This document shows, piece by piece, positions 27,204 through 34,321 of a stretch of DNA of 39,439 bases. The notes under the pieces were generated by a model. It searched no databases, was not told the DNA's origin, and worked only from the letters and a program-made list of their open reading frames with translations. Positions within the stretch are counted from its first letter, which is position 1, and each line of letters opens with the position of its first letter. The DNA lies in IMG/VR virus record IMGVR_UViG_3300016265_000505, positions 1 through 39,439 of that record; one strand, given 5' to 3'. Origin of the DNA: a virus (Duplodnaviria > Caudoviricetes). A program made the translations under genes and the position numbers.

Positions 27204-27459
27204 CTCGTTCCTTTCTTAGTTGTTCACGTTTTTCCTGTAGTTGTTTCTCAAGCTCTTTCATCTGCTCAGGAGTCATCAGATTGATGCAGGTGAATGCAAT
27301 CAACGAATCATCGTCAAACAATCTGGCTAGGATGGCGTATTCCTTCTCGTAGAAGAGAAGCGCGGCCTCCACCCCGCACGTCTGCTTGTATTCATCAGCC
27401 AGTTCCTTGGTGTAGAGGATGGAATGCTCTCCCCATCGCTTATGTTTGAATGCGAACAT
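27187..27459 (-). CDS. Hypothetical protein
   Basis: ORF in operon; start re-assigned to MFAFKHK. Confidence 0.5.
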   Translation of the reverse strand: MFAFKHKRWGEHSILYTKELADEYKQTCGVEAALLFYEKEYAILARLFDDDSLIAFTCINLMTPEQMKELEKQLQEKREQLRKERDESKN

Positions 27460-27631
27460 TTTGTTTTGTGTTTTGTGCCATAAGTTTGGCCAGCCCAATT
27501 ATGAGAAGTCCAGATGAGTCAAAATTCTTATGACCTAAGCTGGCCTCCACAATTTGTTCTCCAATCTTTCGGGCCTCCATCAATACGTCTCGCGCTTCCT
27601 CGTCCTTAATTTTGTCTATTGTTAGTGCCAT
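27440..27631 (-). CDS. Hypothetical protein
   Basis: GGAG upstream; 63 aa. Confidence 0.55.
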   Translation of the reverse strand: MALTIDKIKDEEARDVLMEARKIGEQIVEASLGHKNFDSSGLLIIGLAKLMAQNTKQNVRIQT

Positions 27632-27651
27632 ATGCTTCTCCGTTTGTTTTT

Positions 27652-27963
27652 CTAAGGGTTGTCCTTTCTTTTGCGATCAATCTCTGCGCGGAATGTCTCT
27701 GGAGTATATGACTCCGTAGCTGGCTCATCAAACCAAACGTCAGTAACGGCCAGCCAATCCAAACGCTCCTTGTCCGCTCGGAGCTGTTCGAAGTAATTCT
27801 GCATGAGCGACATTGACCGCATCATCTCGCACCGTTCTAGCTCCACCATGTCCTTTGCTTTCCGCAGCTCGGCATTCTCGCGTTCCAATTCAGAGATGCG
27901 CTCAACTTTAGATTGGGAAAACTTCTCAAGTTTATCTAAGTATCCAACAATATAATCACTCAT
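27652..27963 (-). CDS. Coiled-coil protein with ERENAELR and ADKERLDWL modules
   Basis: Shares modules with 25383-25733. Confidence 0.65.
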   Translation of the reverse strand: MSDYIVGYLDKLEKFSQSKVERISELERENAELRKAKDMVELERCEMMRSMSLMQNYFEQLRADKERLDWLAVTDVWFDEPATESYTPETFRAEIDRKRKDNP

Positions 27964-28051
27964 AACTTATCCTTTCTTTTGTATTCATCCGCATGAGGGA
28001 TGTCGTTCAAGTCCATCCTCATTTCTTCCAAGAGTTGGATGGCAATGAGGT

Positions 28052-28231
28052 CTATTTCTTGATCCATTTGAACTCTCCTTCCTGTGTGTAAGTACCAGCG
28101 CCATTTGCAATGGCTTGCTTCTCCATCTTCAACGTGGCTTCCTTAACTCCTGTGATGTGAGCTAAGATTGTTATCGCAGCTAATGCTACGACTATTGTTA
28201 GTCCGAGGACTATGTCTGCTTTGTCTTTCAT
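28052..28231 (-). CDS. Small single-TM protein
   Basis: MKDKADIVLGLTIVVALAAITILA...EFKW; ATGA-coupled. Confidence 0.6.
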   Translation of the reverse strand: MKDKADIVLGLTIVVALAAITILAHITGVKEATLKMEKQAIANGAGTYTQEGEFKWIKK

Positions 28232-28422
28232 TCGATCTCCTTGATTTTTTCTGCCGCAGATTTGGACCAAAACCTCATGCGATTGCGTAAGGATTTCTCC
28301 AGTTCGGGATAACCATATGCCGCCGCTGTTTTTGCGGCGTCACGATAGGACTCACTCTTACCAACCCACTTGTTCGCCAACCAGTTTTTATCTTCGTATA
28401 ACTTATCAGTTATTCTATTCAT
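28228..28422 (-). CDS. Hypothetical protein
   Basis: First ORF after the long leader; A-rich upstream. Confidence 0.55.
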   Translation of the reverse strand: MNRITDKLYEDKNWLANKWVGKSESYRDAAKTAAAYGYPELEKSLRNRMRFWSKSAAEKIKEIE

Positions 28423-28797
28423 TTGTTTGTTTGTATTTTGAATTTGTTGTTTTTAAAGGGCAACGACCGCCAGTTTGCAAGCTAAACTTAACGCCGCAGG
28501 AAAACTTTGTCAGGTCACCTTACTGCCCGGCATTTGATGTGTAGAGGCTTCCAGCAGGATTGCTCCTCTGTCTTTGGATGCCGTTTGCTGATTCCTCGGA
28601 AGTTTTGTAACCGAGTTTCGGGTATGTGTTCTAACTGCCCGTATATTTGAGAGGCGAGAGGACTCCCAACCATGCTACCGGAAACCTCAGAAGAGCGCAT
28701 GGGTTTGCGAACACCGTCCCTAGCAAAGCTAACTTTAACACCGTTTAAGGCGTCCGGTGCAATGTGGCTGATACGTCCCCGGAACGGTACGGGGCTT

Positions 28798-28880
28798 AAA
28801 AAAATTAAGCCCAGCGAGGTGGTGATCTCAACTGGGCTAACCTGTCAGCTAAAATTGTGTTGAGCGGTCACCACACCGCA
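28798..28880 (-). promoter_or_regulatory. Two-hairpin leader with complementary loops and terminator (attenuator-like)
   Basis: GCGG-TGTGGTGA-CCGC and AGCCCAG..GAG-ATCACCAC-CTC..CTGGGCT followed by TAATTTTTTT. Confidence 0.55.
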
Positions 28881-28961
28881 ACCAAAAAGAACGTCTAACT
28901 GACGACTACTGTACCAGACAGACGCTTGACATCAAGCAAAAGTTCAAAGAAAATTGATCTT

Positions 28962-29165
28962 ATGACGCAAGATCGTGAATCCCAACTAGATATGTTTGAA
29001 CAAAGTTTCAAGAAGAAGGTTGAATCAACCCCGATTCGCCCTTTAAGGAGGATTCACACCATCAACGACCTTGTTGGGTGCGACTTTTCTCCTCCCGCGC
29101 CGTTTCGGGTGATTAGGATTAGCCCCAACGAGGTTATGGTTTTGAAGGAGGGATTCGGCCTTTAA
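28962..29165 (+). CDS. Possible small protein antisense within the minus-strand arm
   Basis: MTQDRESQLDMF...; TTGACA at 28926 upstream; overlaps the lysozyme-like ORF tail. Confidence 0.35.
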   Translation: MTQDRESQLDMFEQSFKKKVESTPIRPLRRIHTINDLVGCDFSPPAPFRVIRISPNEVMVLKEGFGL

Positions 29166-29265
29166 GGGAGTTTTGTCCCTTTTGTCCCTGCTTTTTAAGG
29201 AATCGACCCCCTCCCCCATCAAGGATTCGGCTTTTAAGGAGTAAACGCTGGATTCGCCCTTTAAG
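29033..29265 (+). repeat. Dispersed GGATTCGNCCTTTAAGG-type 17-mer repeats
   Basis: Copies at about 29033, 29151, 29223, 29250, plus a partial at 29191. Confidence 0.75.
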
Positions 29266-29558
29266 ACGTATTTCGAGCTAGGTCCATGACGCCATATGTT
29301 TGCACGGTTCTGGGGAGTGTCTGGAATCTGCCTGTAGGCAATCCATCGGTCGGTGTACAGCCTGAAGAGCCGGTAAGAACCCTCCATCGTCTCCCTGTCC
29401 CTTAGCTGGACGGCGTGACCCCATTTGATGCAATCAAGGACGACGGCTGGCTTTATCTGCGCTGGTCCTACGGCATCTCCGTTCCGCGCCTCCACCCTAC
29501 CGCCAGACTCTAGCTGTACTATCGCCAGAAACAAAGCGCATAGGGTCGCGTCGGTCAT
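29043..29558 (-). CDS. Lysozyme-like / lytic transglycosylase-fold protein
   Basis: LAIVQLESGG...A..GDAVGPAQI...D...WRHGP catalytic-Glu pattern; start re-assigned to MTDAT. Confidence 0.7.
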   Translation of the reverse strand: MTDATLCALFLAIVQLESGGRVEARNGDAVGPAQIKPAVVLDCIKWGHAVQLRDRETMEGSYRLFRLYTDRWIAYRQIPDTPQNRANIWRHGPSSKYVLKGESSVYSLKAESLMGEGVDSLKSRDKRDKTPLKAESLLQNHNLVGANPNHPKRRGRRKVAPNKVVDGVNPP

Positions 29559-29595
29559 GGGGCATTGTAGGCCATTGCGGTCGATTCTAGGCAAT

Positions 29596-29628
29596 AAAAA
29601 ACCCCTAGGCCATGTGACCTAGGGGCTT
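29596..29628 (-). terminator. Intrinsic terminator after DUF932 gene
   Basis: GCCCCTAGG-TCACATGG-CCTAGGGGT followed by a T-run on the minus strand. Confidence 0.75.
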
Positions 29629-29644
29629 CGCTTGACAAGGGCCT

Positions 29645-30592
29645 TTAAACGCTCAGGAGGTCAAAAGCGCGCGCCTTCAGGGCATCGCCAGAGCCCATCA
29701 AGACGGACTCAAACCGCACCTCAGACTCATCGCGGCCTTCCGTCACACGGGAAGACCGGCCATGATCGACGTATTCGGTCACGGCATTGAACGCATCCCA
29801 GCGGGTGCGGCCAAGATTGCCCGTACCAGCCGAGAACAGCCGATTGAGCTCTTTAGCCTGATTCTCGACCCGGGTTGAGGGTTCAGAGCCTTCCTTGATG
29901 CCCAGCAGGACATTGAAGGCCTTAGCCGCCTCAGCAGCCGAGAATTGAGCCTGAGCCATGCGTTGGGCCATGATGCGCTGCTTCGTTTCAGCCTCCTCGA
30001 CGTACCCCAGCACCTGAAGCGCGGCCTCAATGCCTTGGTTGACGTTCTTGGTATGACGCACGCCAAACACCCGATTGCCACCAGAGACGGCAAGCTTCCA
30101 AGTGTTCGCGCAAACCACCCTGATGTTGGTGCGGTGAAGCTCAAAGCACCCCGAGCCGTCGTGGCGGTTGAGCCAGAGGTCATAGGTGAGAACGGAGTCA
30201 CCCTTTTGAGCGGACCACGCCTCACGCTTAACCAGCACCCACTCGCGCTGCCCGTTCCTGAGGGACCCAGCAGCGTCAACTACAGCCTGCCCGCCGTAAA
30301 CACCCTCCAGAATGCGGTACATGGTTTCGCTCTTTAAGACGCCGTACCCCTCGCCAACGACGGCAAGCGGCACCTGCACGCCCTTAGACGTAATGCCGAC
30401 CAGCCCCTTCTGATTGGGCAACGCCAGCCCGTTAAGCATCACCGGCACCTCCAGAATATCCCGATGCCCCACCCCCTCAGCGTAAACACGCAAGGGAGAA
30501 AGAAGCCCGGCGAAGACGGTCCCTAGACCATGCCAAGCGGGCTTGTTGCTGCCGAACACTACCGTGTCATTGATTTCGATTTCGTGGCTCAT
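29645..30592 (-). CDS. DUF932-family protein
   Basis: MSHEI...KPAWHGLG, AGSL.NG..W, NRHDGS, IRVVCANT, RHT, WDAFNAVTEYVDH. Confidence 0.88.
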   Translation of the reverse strand: MSHEIEINDTVVFGSNKPAWHGLGTVFAGLLSPLRVYAEGVGHRDILEVPVMLNGLALPNQKGLVGITSKGVQVPLAVVGEGYGVLKSETMYRILEGVYGGQAVVDAAGSLRNGQREWVLVKREAWSAQKGDSVLTYDLWLNRHDGSGCFELHRTNIRVVCANTWKLAVSGGNRVFGVRHTKNVNQGIEAALQVLGYVEEAETKQRIMAQRMAQAQFSAAEAAKAFNVLLGIKEGSEPSTRVENQAKELNRLFSAGTGNLGRTRWDAFNAVTEYVDHGRSSRVTEGRDESEVRFESVLMGSGDALKARAFDLLSV

Positions 30593-30619
30593 GTTTTTAT
30601 GTGTTTTGTGGGTTACTGA

Positions 30620-30886
30620 TCAGAGTTGCTCGTCGAGAACGCCAGCACAATGGAGCTCTAGGGTTTCAATTTCGCGGATGACGCGACGCAGAGATTGAAT
30701 GCGCTCTGCGTGCTCGTTTGCGGCATCAGCATAGGCTCCACGGTTCATGGTCTGGTAGTCGCGGCCATGCGGCGCGGCCTCGTACATTGAATCCAAGGCA
30801 TTCTGAAGGGCAATGCGGGCAAATCCGTATTTCGAAACGAGCACATTCTGGGAAGTGCCGTTGAGGTTGATGGTGGGCATGGTCAT
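30620..30886 (-). CDS. Early hypothetical protein
   Basis: PTINLNGTS...APHGRDY; CAGGAG RBS upstream. Confidence 0.7.
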   Translation of the reverse strand: MTMPTINLNGTSQNVLVSKYGFARIALQNALDSMYEAAPHGRDYQTMNRGAYADAANEHAERIQSLRRVIREIETLELHCAGVLDEQL

Positions 30887-30933
30887 GGCTATCTCCTGTC
30901 TTTTTTTGTTTCTCCGTTATCGGATTGCCAATG

Positions 30934-30961
30934 AAGCTAGCAGGTAAAAATCATAAGTCAA
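30934..30961 (-). promoter_or_regulatory. Sigma70-like early promoter
   Basis: TTGACT-16 nt-TAGCTT with TG extension, upstream of 30886. Confidence 0.45.
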
Positions 30962-30992
30962 TCACCTTTTTAAAAGATTTCCGTTTTTTTTC

Positions 30993-31061
30993 GGATTGGG
31001 CCTTTAAGGGGATTTGCGCTTTAAGGCGGATTTGCCCTTTAAGGGGATTCGTCCTTTAAGG
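30993..31061 (+). repeat. Four tandem 17-bp repeats GGATTNGNNCTTTAAGG
   Basis: Copies at 30993, 31010, 31028, 31045; same motif as 29033-29265. Confidence 0.85.
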
Positions 31062-31345
31062 AGGTTTTCCACCTAATGCGCGTGCGAGCCTAGGAAACCA
31101 ACCGCCAGCCTAGGAACAGAGCTAGCTGAGACTGAGTCTCAATTAGAAAAACTAATGCTGATGCCTGGCGCTATTAGTAAAGCTAATTTGCCCGCAAAGG
31201 CCTTTTCCTTTGCATTAGACGCAAAAAGGCTTTCAATCCTTGTCTTGCTATGGTCGCGACAAAGAAAGGCCTAAAAACGAAAGGAAAGGCCTATTTTTAG
31301 GCCTAGGAAAGGCAATTGCCTAGGGTTTCGCGAGGGAATAGGCGC

Positions 31346-31378
31346 AAAAAAATCCCGCTACCTTGCGGCAACGGGATT
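31346..31378 (-). terminator. Intrinsic terminator of the first early operon
   Basis: AATCCCGTTGCC-GCAA-GGTAGCGGGATT followed by a T-run on the minus strand. Confidence 0.8.
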
Positions 31379-31403
31379 CGAACTAGGGGAAAGAAAGAAA
31401 ACC

Positions 31404-31496
31404 CTAGCTAAAGAGAGCGGAAAAGGCGGCAAAAATTAATCCGCCCAGTGCAACGCAAAGAAAAAGCGCCGTCGCAATTAAGTCGCCTTTTTTCAT
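31404..31496 (-). CDS. 30-aa transmembrane micro-protein
   Basis: MKKGDLIATALFLCVALGGLIFAAFSALFS; ATGA-coupled and directly before the terminator. Confidence 0.55.
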   Translation of the reverse strand: MKKGDLIATALFLCVALGGLIFAAFSALFS

Positions 31497-31714
31497 TTTT
31501 GGGGAATCTTTACGGGGCAAACCTTCCGCAATCCGTCAAAACGAAGCAAAACAGCCTGACCGGCGGAAAAATCCGCAATCCCGCAATATCTTCCGCCTTC
31601 AAAAACGGAAGCAAGTTGCCAATCTTTGCCGGAAAGGAAATTTTCCTTCGCTAGTTTTGCGGATTTGAAGTCGCGACCATATGCCGGAACCAATTCGGAA
31701 TAGTTCGGAATCAT
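31493..31714 (-). CDS. Early hypothetical protein (PAYGRDFKS motif)
   Basis: 73-aa ORF after the Gp88-like gene. Confidence 0.7.
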   Translation of the reverse strand: MIPNYSELVPAYGRDFKSAKLAKENFLSGKDWQLASVFEGGRYCGIADFSAGQAVLLRFDGLRKVCPVKIPQK

Positions 31715-31718
31715 TTTT

Positions 31719-32369
31719 TTAGTGTTTTTTGTACGTTACTGTTTTTGTGTTATCCCAACAAAGGCGGCAAGCTTGGCACTTGTTCCCTTGCTTAGAGCTA
31801 GGACAATTCCAATTTGCGGAAGAAACGGAAGATGCGCAAACACCTAGGCGCGAGGCTAGGCCTTCCGGCGCGACGCCTTCCAACATATAGCCGGAAAGGC
31901 GCACAGTAAGGTTTGCCGGAATCTTTCCGCCTTCCTTTACATAATCCGAAACAAAGGAATATTCTCTTGTTGGTAGCCAAAAACGGATTTGCGGCAAGGC
32001 TTCCGCAACTTGGCAAAGCTTCCGCAAATGCCAAACCCCTTGCAAATCGCCCGAGTCGTGCCAACGGAAGAAACCGGAACGCTCATTTGCGGCAATCGCG
32101 CAAACCATATCCGCAACCCAATTTTCGGAAGCAAGGGAAGAAAAGCGCCTTTCCAAAGCGTTTTGAACATTTGGAAAAAGATACCTTCCTTTTAATGCGT
32201 AACAAAAAGAGCAAACACTTCCCTTCACCTTAAAAAGCTTGCCGCCTATTTGGCAACGGCGCGCCGGGATTGAATAGGAAAAGCAAGGCATCTTAGAAGG
32301 CGCAGACAGTCCCCCAACCCTTTGCCAAGCCTCTTTCCCTTTCGTTCTCTCTTCCTTTGTTAATGTCAC
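31719..32369 (-). CDS. Gp88-like Cys-rich (radical-SAM-related) phage protein
   Basis: GGLS.PSKMP..S.SIPA..C...CSFCYA.KG.Y...FRWHDSGD...WLPTRE...CP.....C..C..CW. Confidence 0.8.
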   Translation of the reverse strand: MTLTKEERTKGKEAWQRVGGLSAPSKMPCFSYSIPARRCQIGGKLFKVKGSVCSFCYALKGRYLFPNVQNALERRFSSLASENWVADMVCAIAANERSGFFRWHDSGDLQGVWHLRKLCQVAEALPQIRFWLPTREYSFVSDYVKEGGKIPANLTVRLSGYMLEGVAPEGLASRLGVCASSVSSANWNCPSSKQGNKCQACRLCWDNTKTVTYKKH

Positions 32370-32450
32370 TTTGTTTCCTTTCTTTGTTTTTTGGTTTCCT
32401 AGCTAAAGGCTTTTTGTTGCTCTCTATTTTTAGAGAGCAAGGAAAAACCC

Positions 32451-32747
32451 TTAGAGCAAGCCGCCAAGCTTGCCGAGCTTTCCTAGGTTAATGCAACCGG
32501 CTTCCGGCGCATCCCCTCCCCCGTAACAACAAGCTCCCATTGAATCTACAAAAGGCTTTTCATCGTTAATGACAAGCCAACCGGCGCAAGGGAACGTCTT
32601 TTTCGCTCCATTATCTCGGCACGCTTGCGCGGCTTCCTTTATCGTTTTGCCTCTTCCCCAAAATCCGGCCCACCCGGAGTCACTCGCGACAACAACAAAA
32701 GAGACGGATTTGACCGTTTCCTTTAGCTTTTTTGAATGCGTTATCAT
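32451..32747 (-). CDS. First early hypothetical protein
   Basis: 98 aa, WGRGKTIKEA motif; promoter-like TTGCAA..TATTGT upstream. Confidence 0.65.
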   Translation of the reverse strand: MITHSKKLKETVKSVSFVVVASDSGWAGFWGRGKTIKEAAQACRDNGAKKTFPCAGWLVINDEKPFVDSMGACCYGGGDAPEAGCINLGKLGKLGGLL

Positions 32748-32843
32748 TTTCTAGGCCTTTCTTTTTTTTGGTTTCGCTAGGGTTTTCCTAGCTTGTTGAA
32801 ACAATAGGCAATTCCCTTTTACTTGCAAGCTTTCTTTTCAACA

Positions 32844-33239
32844 ATTAGCGCAACTAATTGAACCAATAAGCAATTAGAAAAGCTAATGCCTAGAATTAGG
32901 GAAAATTCCCCAAAACGCATTAGACGCAATTTGAAAGCAAACCTATGCCTAGGCCTAGGCCTTCCTTCGAATCCCCTTAAATCCAAAGGAAAGGCCTTTT
33001 CCGGTCAAATTAGCTTTCCTAATGCCTAGGAAAACGGGATAGAAAGAAGACTTATGCTGAGAGAGTGAATTTGAATGCATTAACTCCTTTAATGAGAAAG
33101 ACGCTTCGCGCTTGTCATTAGCTGGTCTACTTGCGCTTTTCTCATTAGCTTTCCTACTTGGTCCCAACTCATTAGGAATCCTAATGCCTTCCCAACCATT
33201 AGAAAGGCTAATGTCAGGGAGGGGAGGAGGGGATCTAAT
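32844..33239. repeat. Array of ATTAG-N5-CTAAT palindromes
   Basis: Perfect at 32844, 32873, 33009, 33171, 33198; one mismatch at 33117, 33144; two more at 31142 and 31173. Confidence 0.85.
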
Positions 33240-33462
33240 AGGTGGGGACCCCTTTGAATTGGGATTGATCCAATCGACCTTTTAAAAAAAATCAAAAATG
33301 GACTTAACCCGTGTAAAGCCACACTCGGTTCTATAAACCTGTATGTTTTGACGACTTTTATTGGGTAAAAGTTACACTAGTTTTAATAGGATTCTGTAAG
33401 TTGTTGGTAGATAGCACTATTAGTTCTAATAATGTTCTACAGAAAATGCTTGTCTCGCGGGT

Positions 33463-34014
33463 GTGGCCTTGTCACAAAGCGGTATGGGAAGGAAGAAGAT
33501 TAGTGACTTGGCTAAGTCCGTGGCTGATAATGGCAACGGGAAGGGTAACTATCTGGAGAGGCGGGACCCTGCTACGGCTGTTAAAGCTCTGGATATGCTG
33601 GCTAATGGGGACAGCTTCCATACCGTTAGTAAGGCTACGGGGCTTACATGGGAGACGGTTAGCAGGCTGAAGGCTAGGCACAAGATGGTGTTGGATGAGC
33701 GCAGGGCTATGTTGGCGGAGGATGCTTTGGAGATTGCGGAGGGGTTGAGGCTTCTTCAGAAGGAGAAGATGCGGATGCTAGCTGAGGACCCTGAGCAGTT
33801 GGCGCGGACCAACATCAGGGATTTGACTCTCCCTTGGGGCATAGCTCAGGACAAGTTCCTGTCGGCTATGGGAGAGAACAAGATGACCATTGAGCACAAG
33901 ACAGCGGCTCCTAGCTTGGAGGATGCTATGAAAGCGATTGAAGAAGCTAAAGCCAAGCTCAAGGCGAGTTCTATGGAAGTTATTACGAAGGACGTAACAA
34001 ATGAAAAAGCCTGA
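33463..34014 (+). CDS. Putative terminase small subunit
   Basis: HTH-like segment (ALDMLANG.SFHTVSKATGLTWETVSRL) then helices; upstream of the large subunit; start may be ATG 33484. Confidence 0.65.
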   Translation: MALSQSGMGRKKISDLAKSVADNGNGKGNYLERRDPATAVKALDMLANGDSFHTVSKATGLTWETVSRLKARHKMVLDERRAMLAEDALEIAEGLRLLQKEKMRMLAEDPEQLARTNIRDLTLPWGIAQDKFLSAMGENKMTIEHKTAAPSLEDAMKAIEEAKAKLKASSMEVITKDVTNEKA

Positions 34015-34321
34015 AGACCTAACACCAGAAGAGTTCAAAGAGATAACGGATCAGATTTTTAGCGGACCCAAGGTTAAGGTTATTCCGACCTCAAATCCCA
34101 ATGCTCACATCACGGAGTACAAGTTTGGTGAGGATGGGCACAAGGATAGGGTTTTAAGCGTTTTGGATAGGATTAAGAACCTGCCTGATTGGCAGCTTGA
34201 GAACTTCTTGGTTTCCTTGGTTAAGCGGTCTCAAGAGCAGATGTGCTTCAAGGACTATCCTTTCCCAAACAATGTGGCGCAGAAGTTTATCTGTGACCAC
34301 TTTGAAGGCGGAAAGCCGTGA
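34001..34321 (+). CDS. Hypothetical protein
   Basis: 106-aa ORF between the terminase genes, GTGA-coupled. Confidence 0.6.
   Translation: MKKPEDLTPEEFKEITDQIFSGPKVKVIPTSNPNAHITEYKFGEDGHKDRVLSVLDRIKNLPDWQLENFLVSLVKRSQEQMCFKDYPFPNNVAQKFICDHFEGGKP

Noticed and set aside
28430-28800. Retron or DGR element
   Set aside because: No reverse transcriptase in the genome; the flanking repeats are direct, and no adenine-specific TR/VR pair was noticed
33117-33239. Mini-CRISPR array
   Set aside because: The 27-bp period with 15-bp degenerate palindromes leaves about 12-nt spacers; no cas genes
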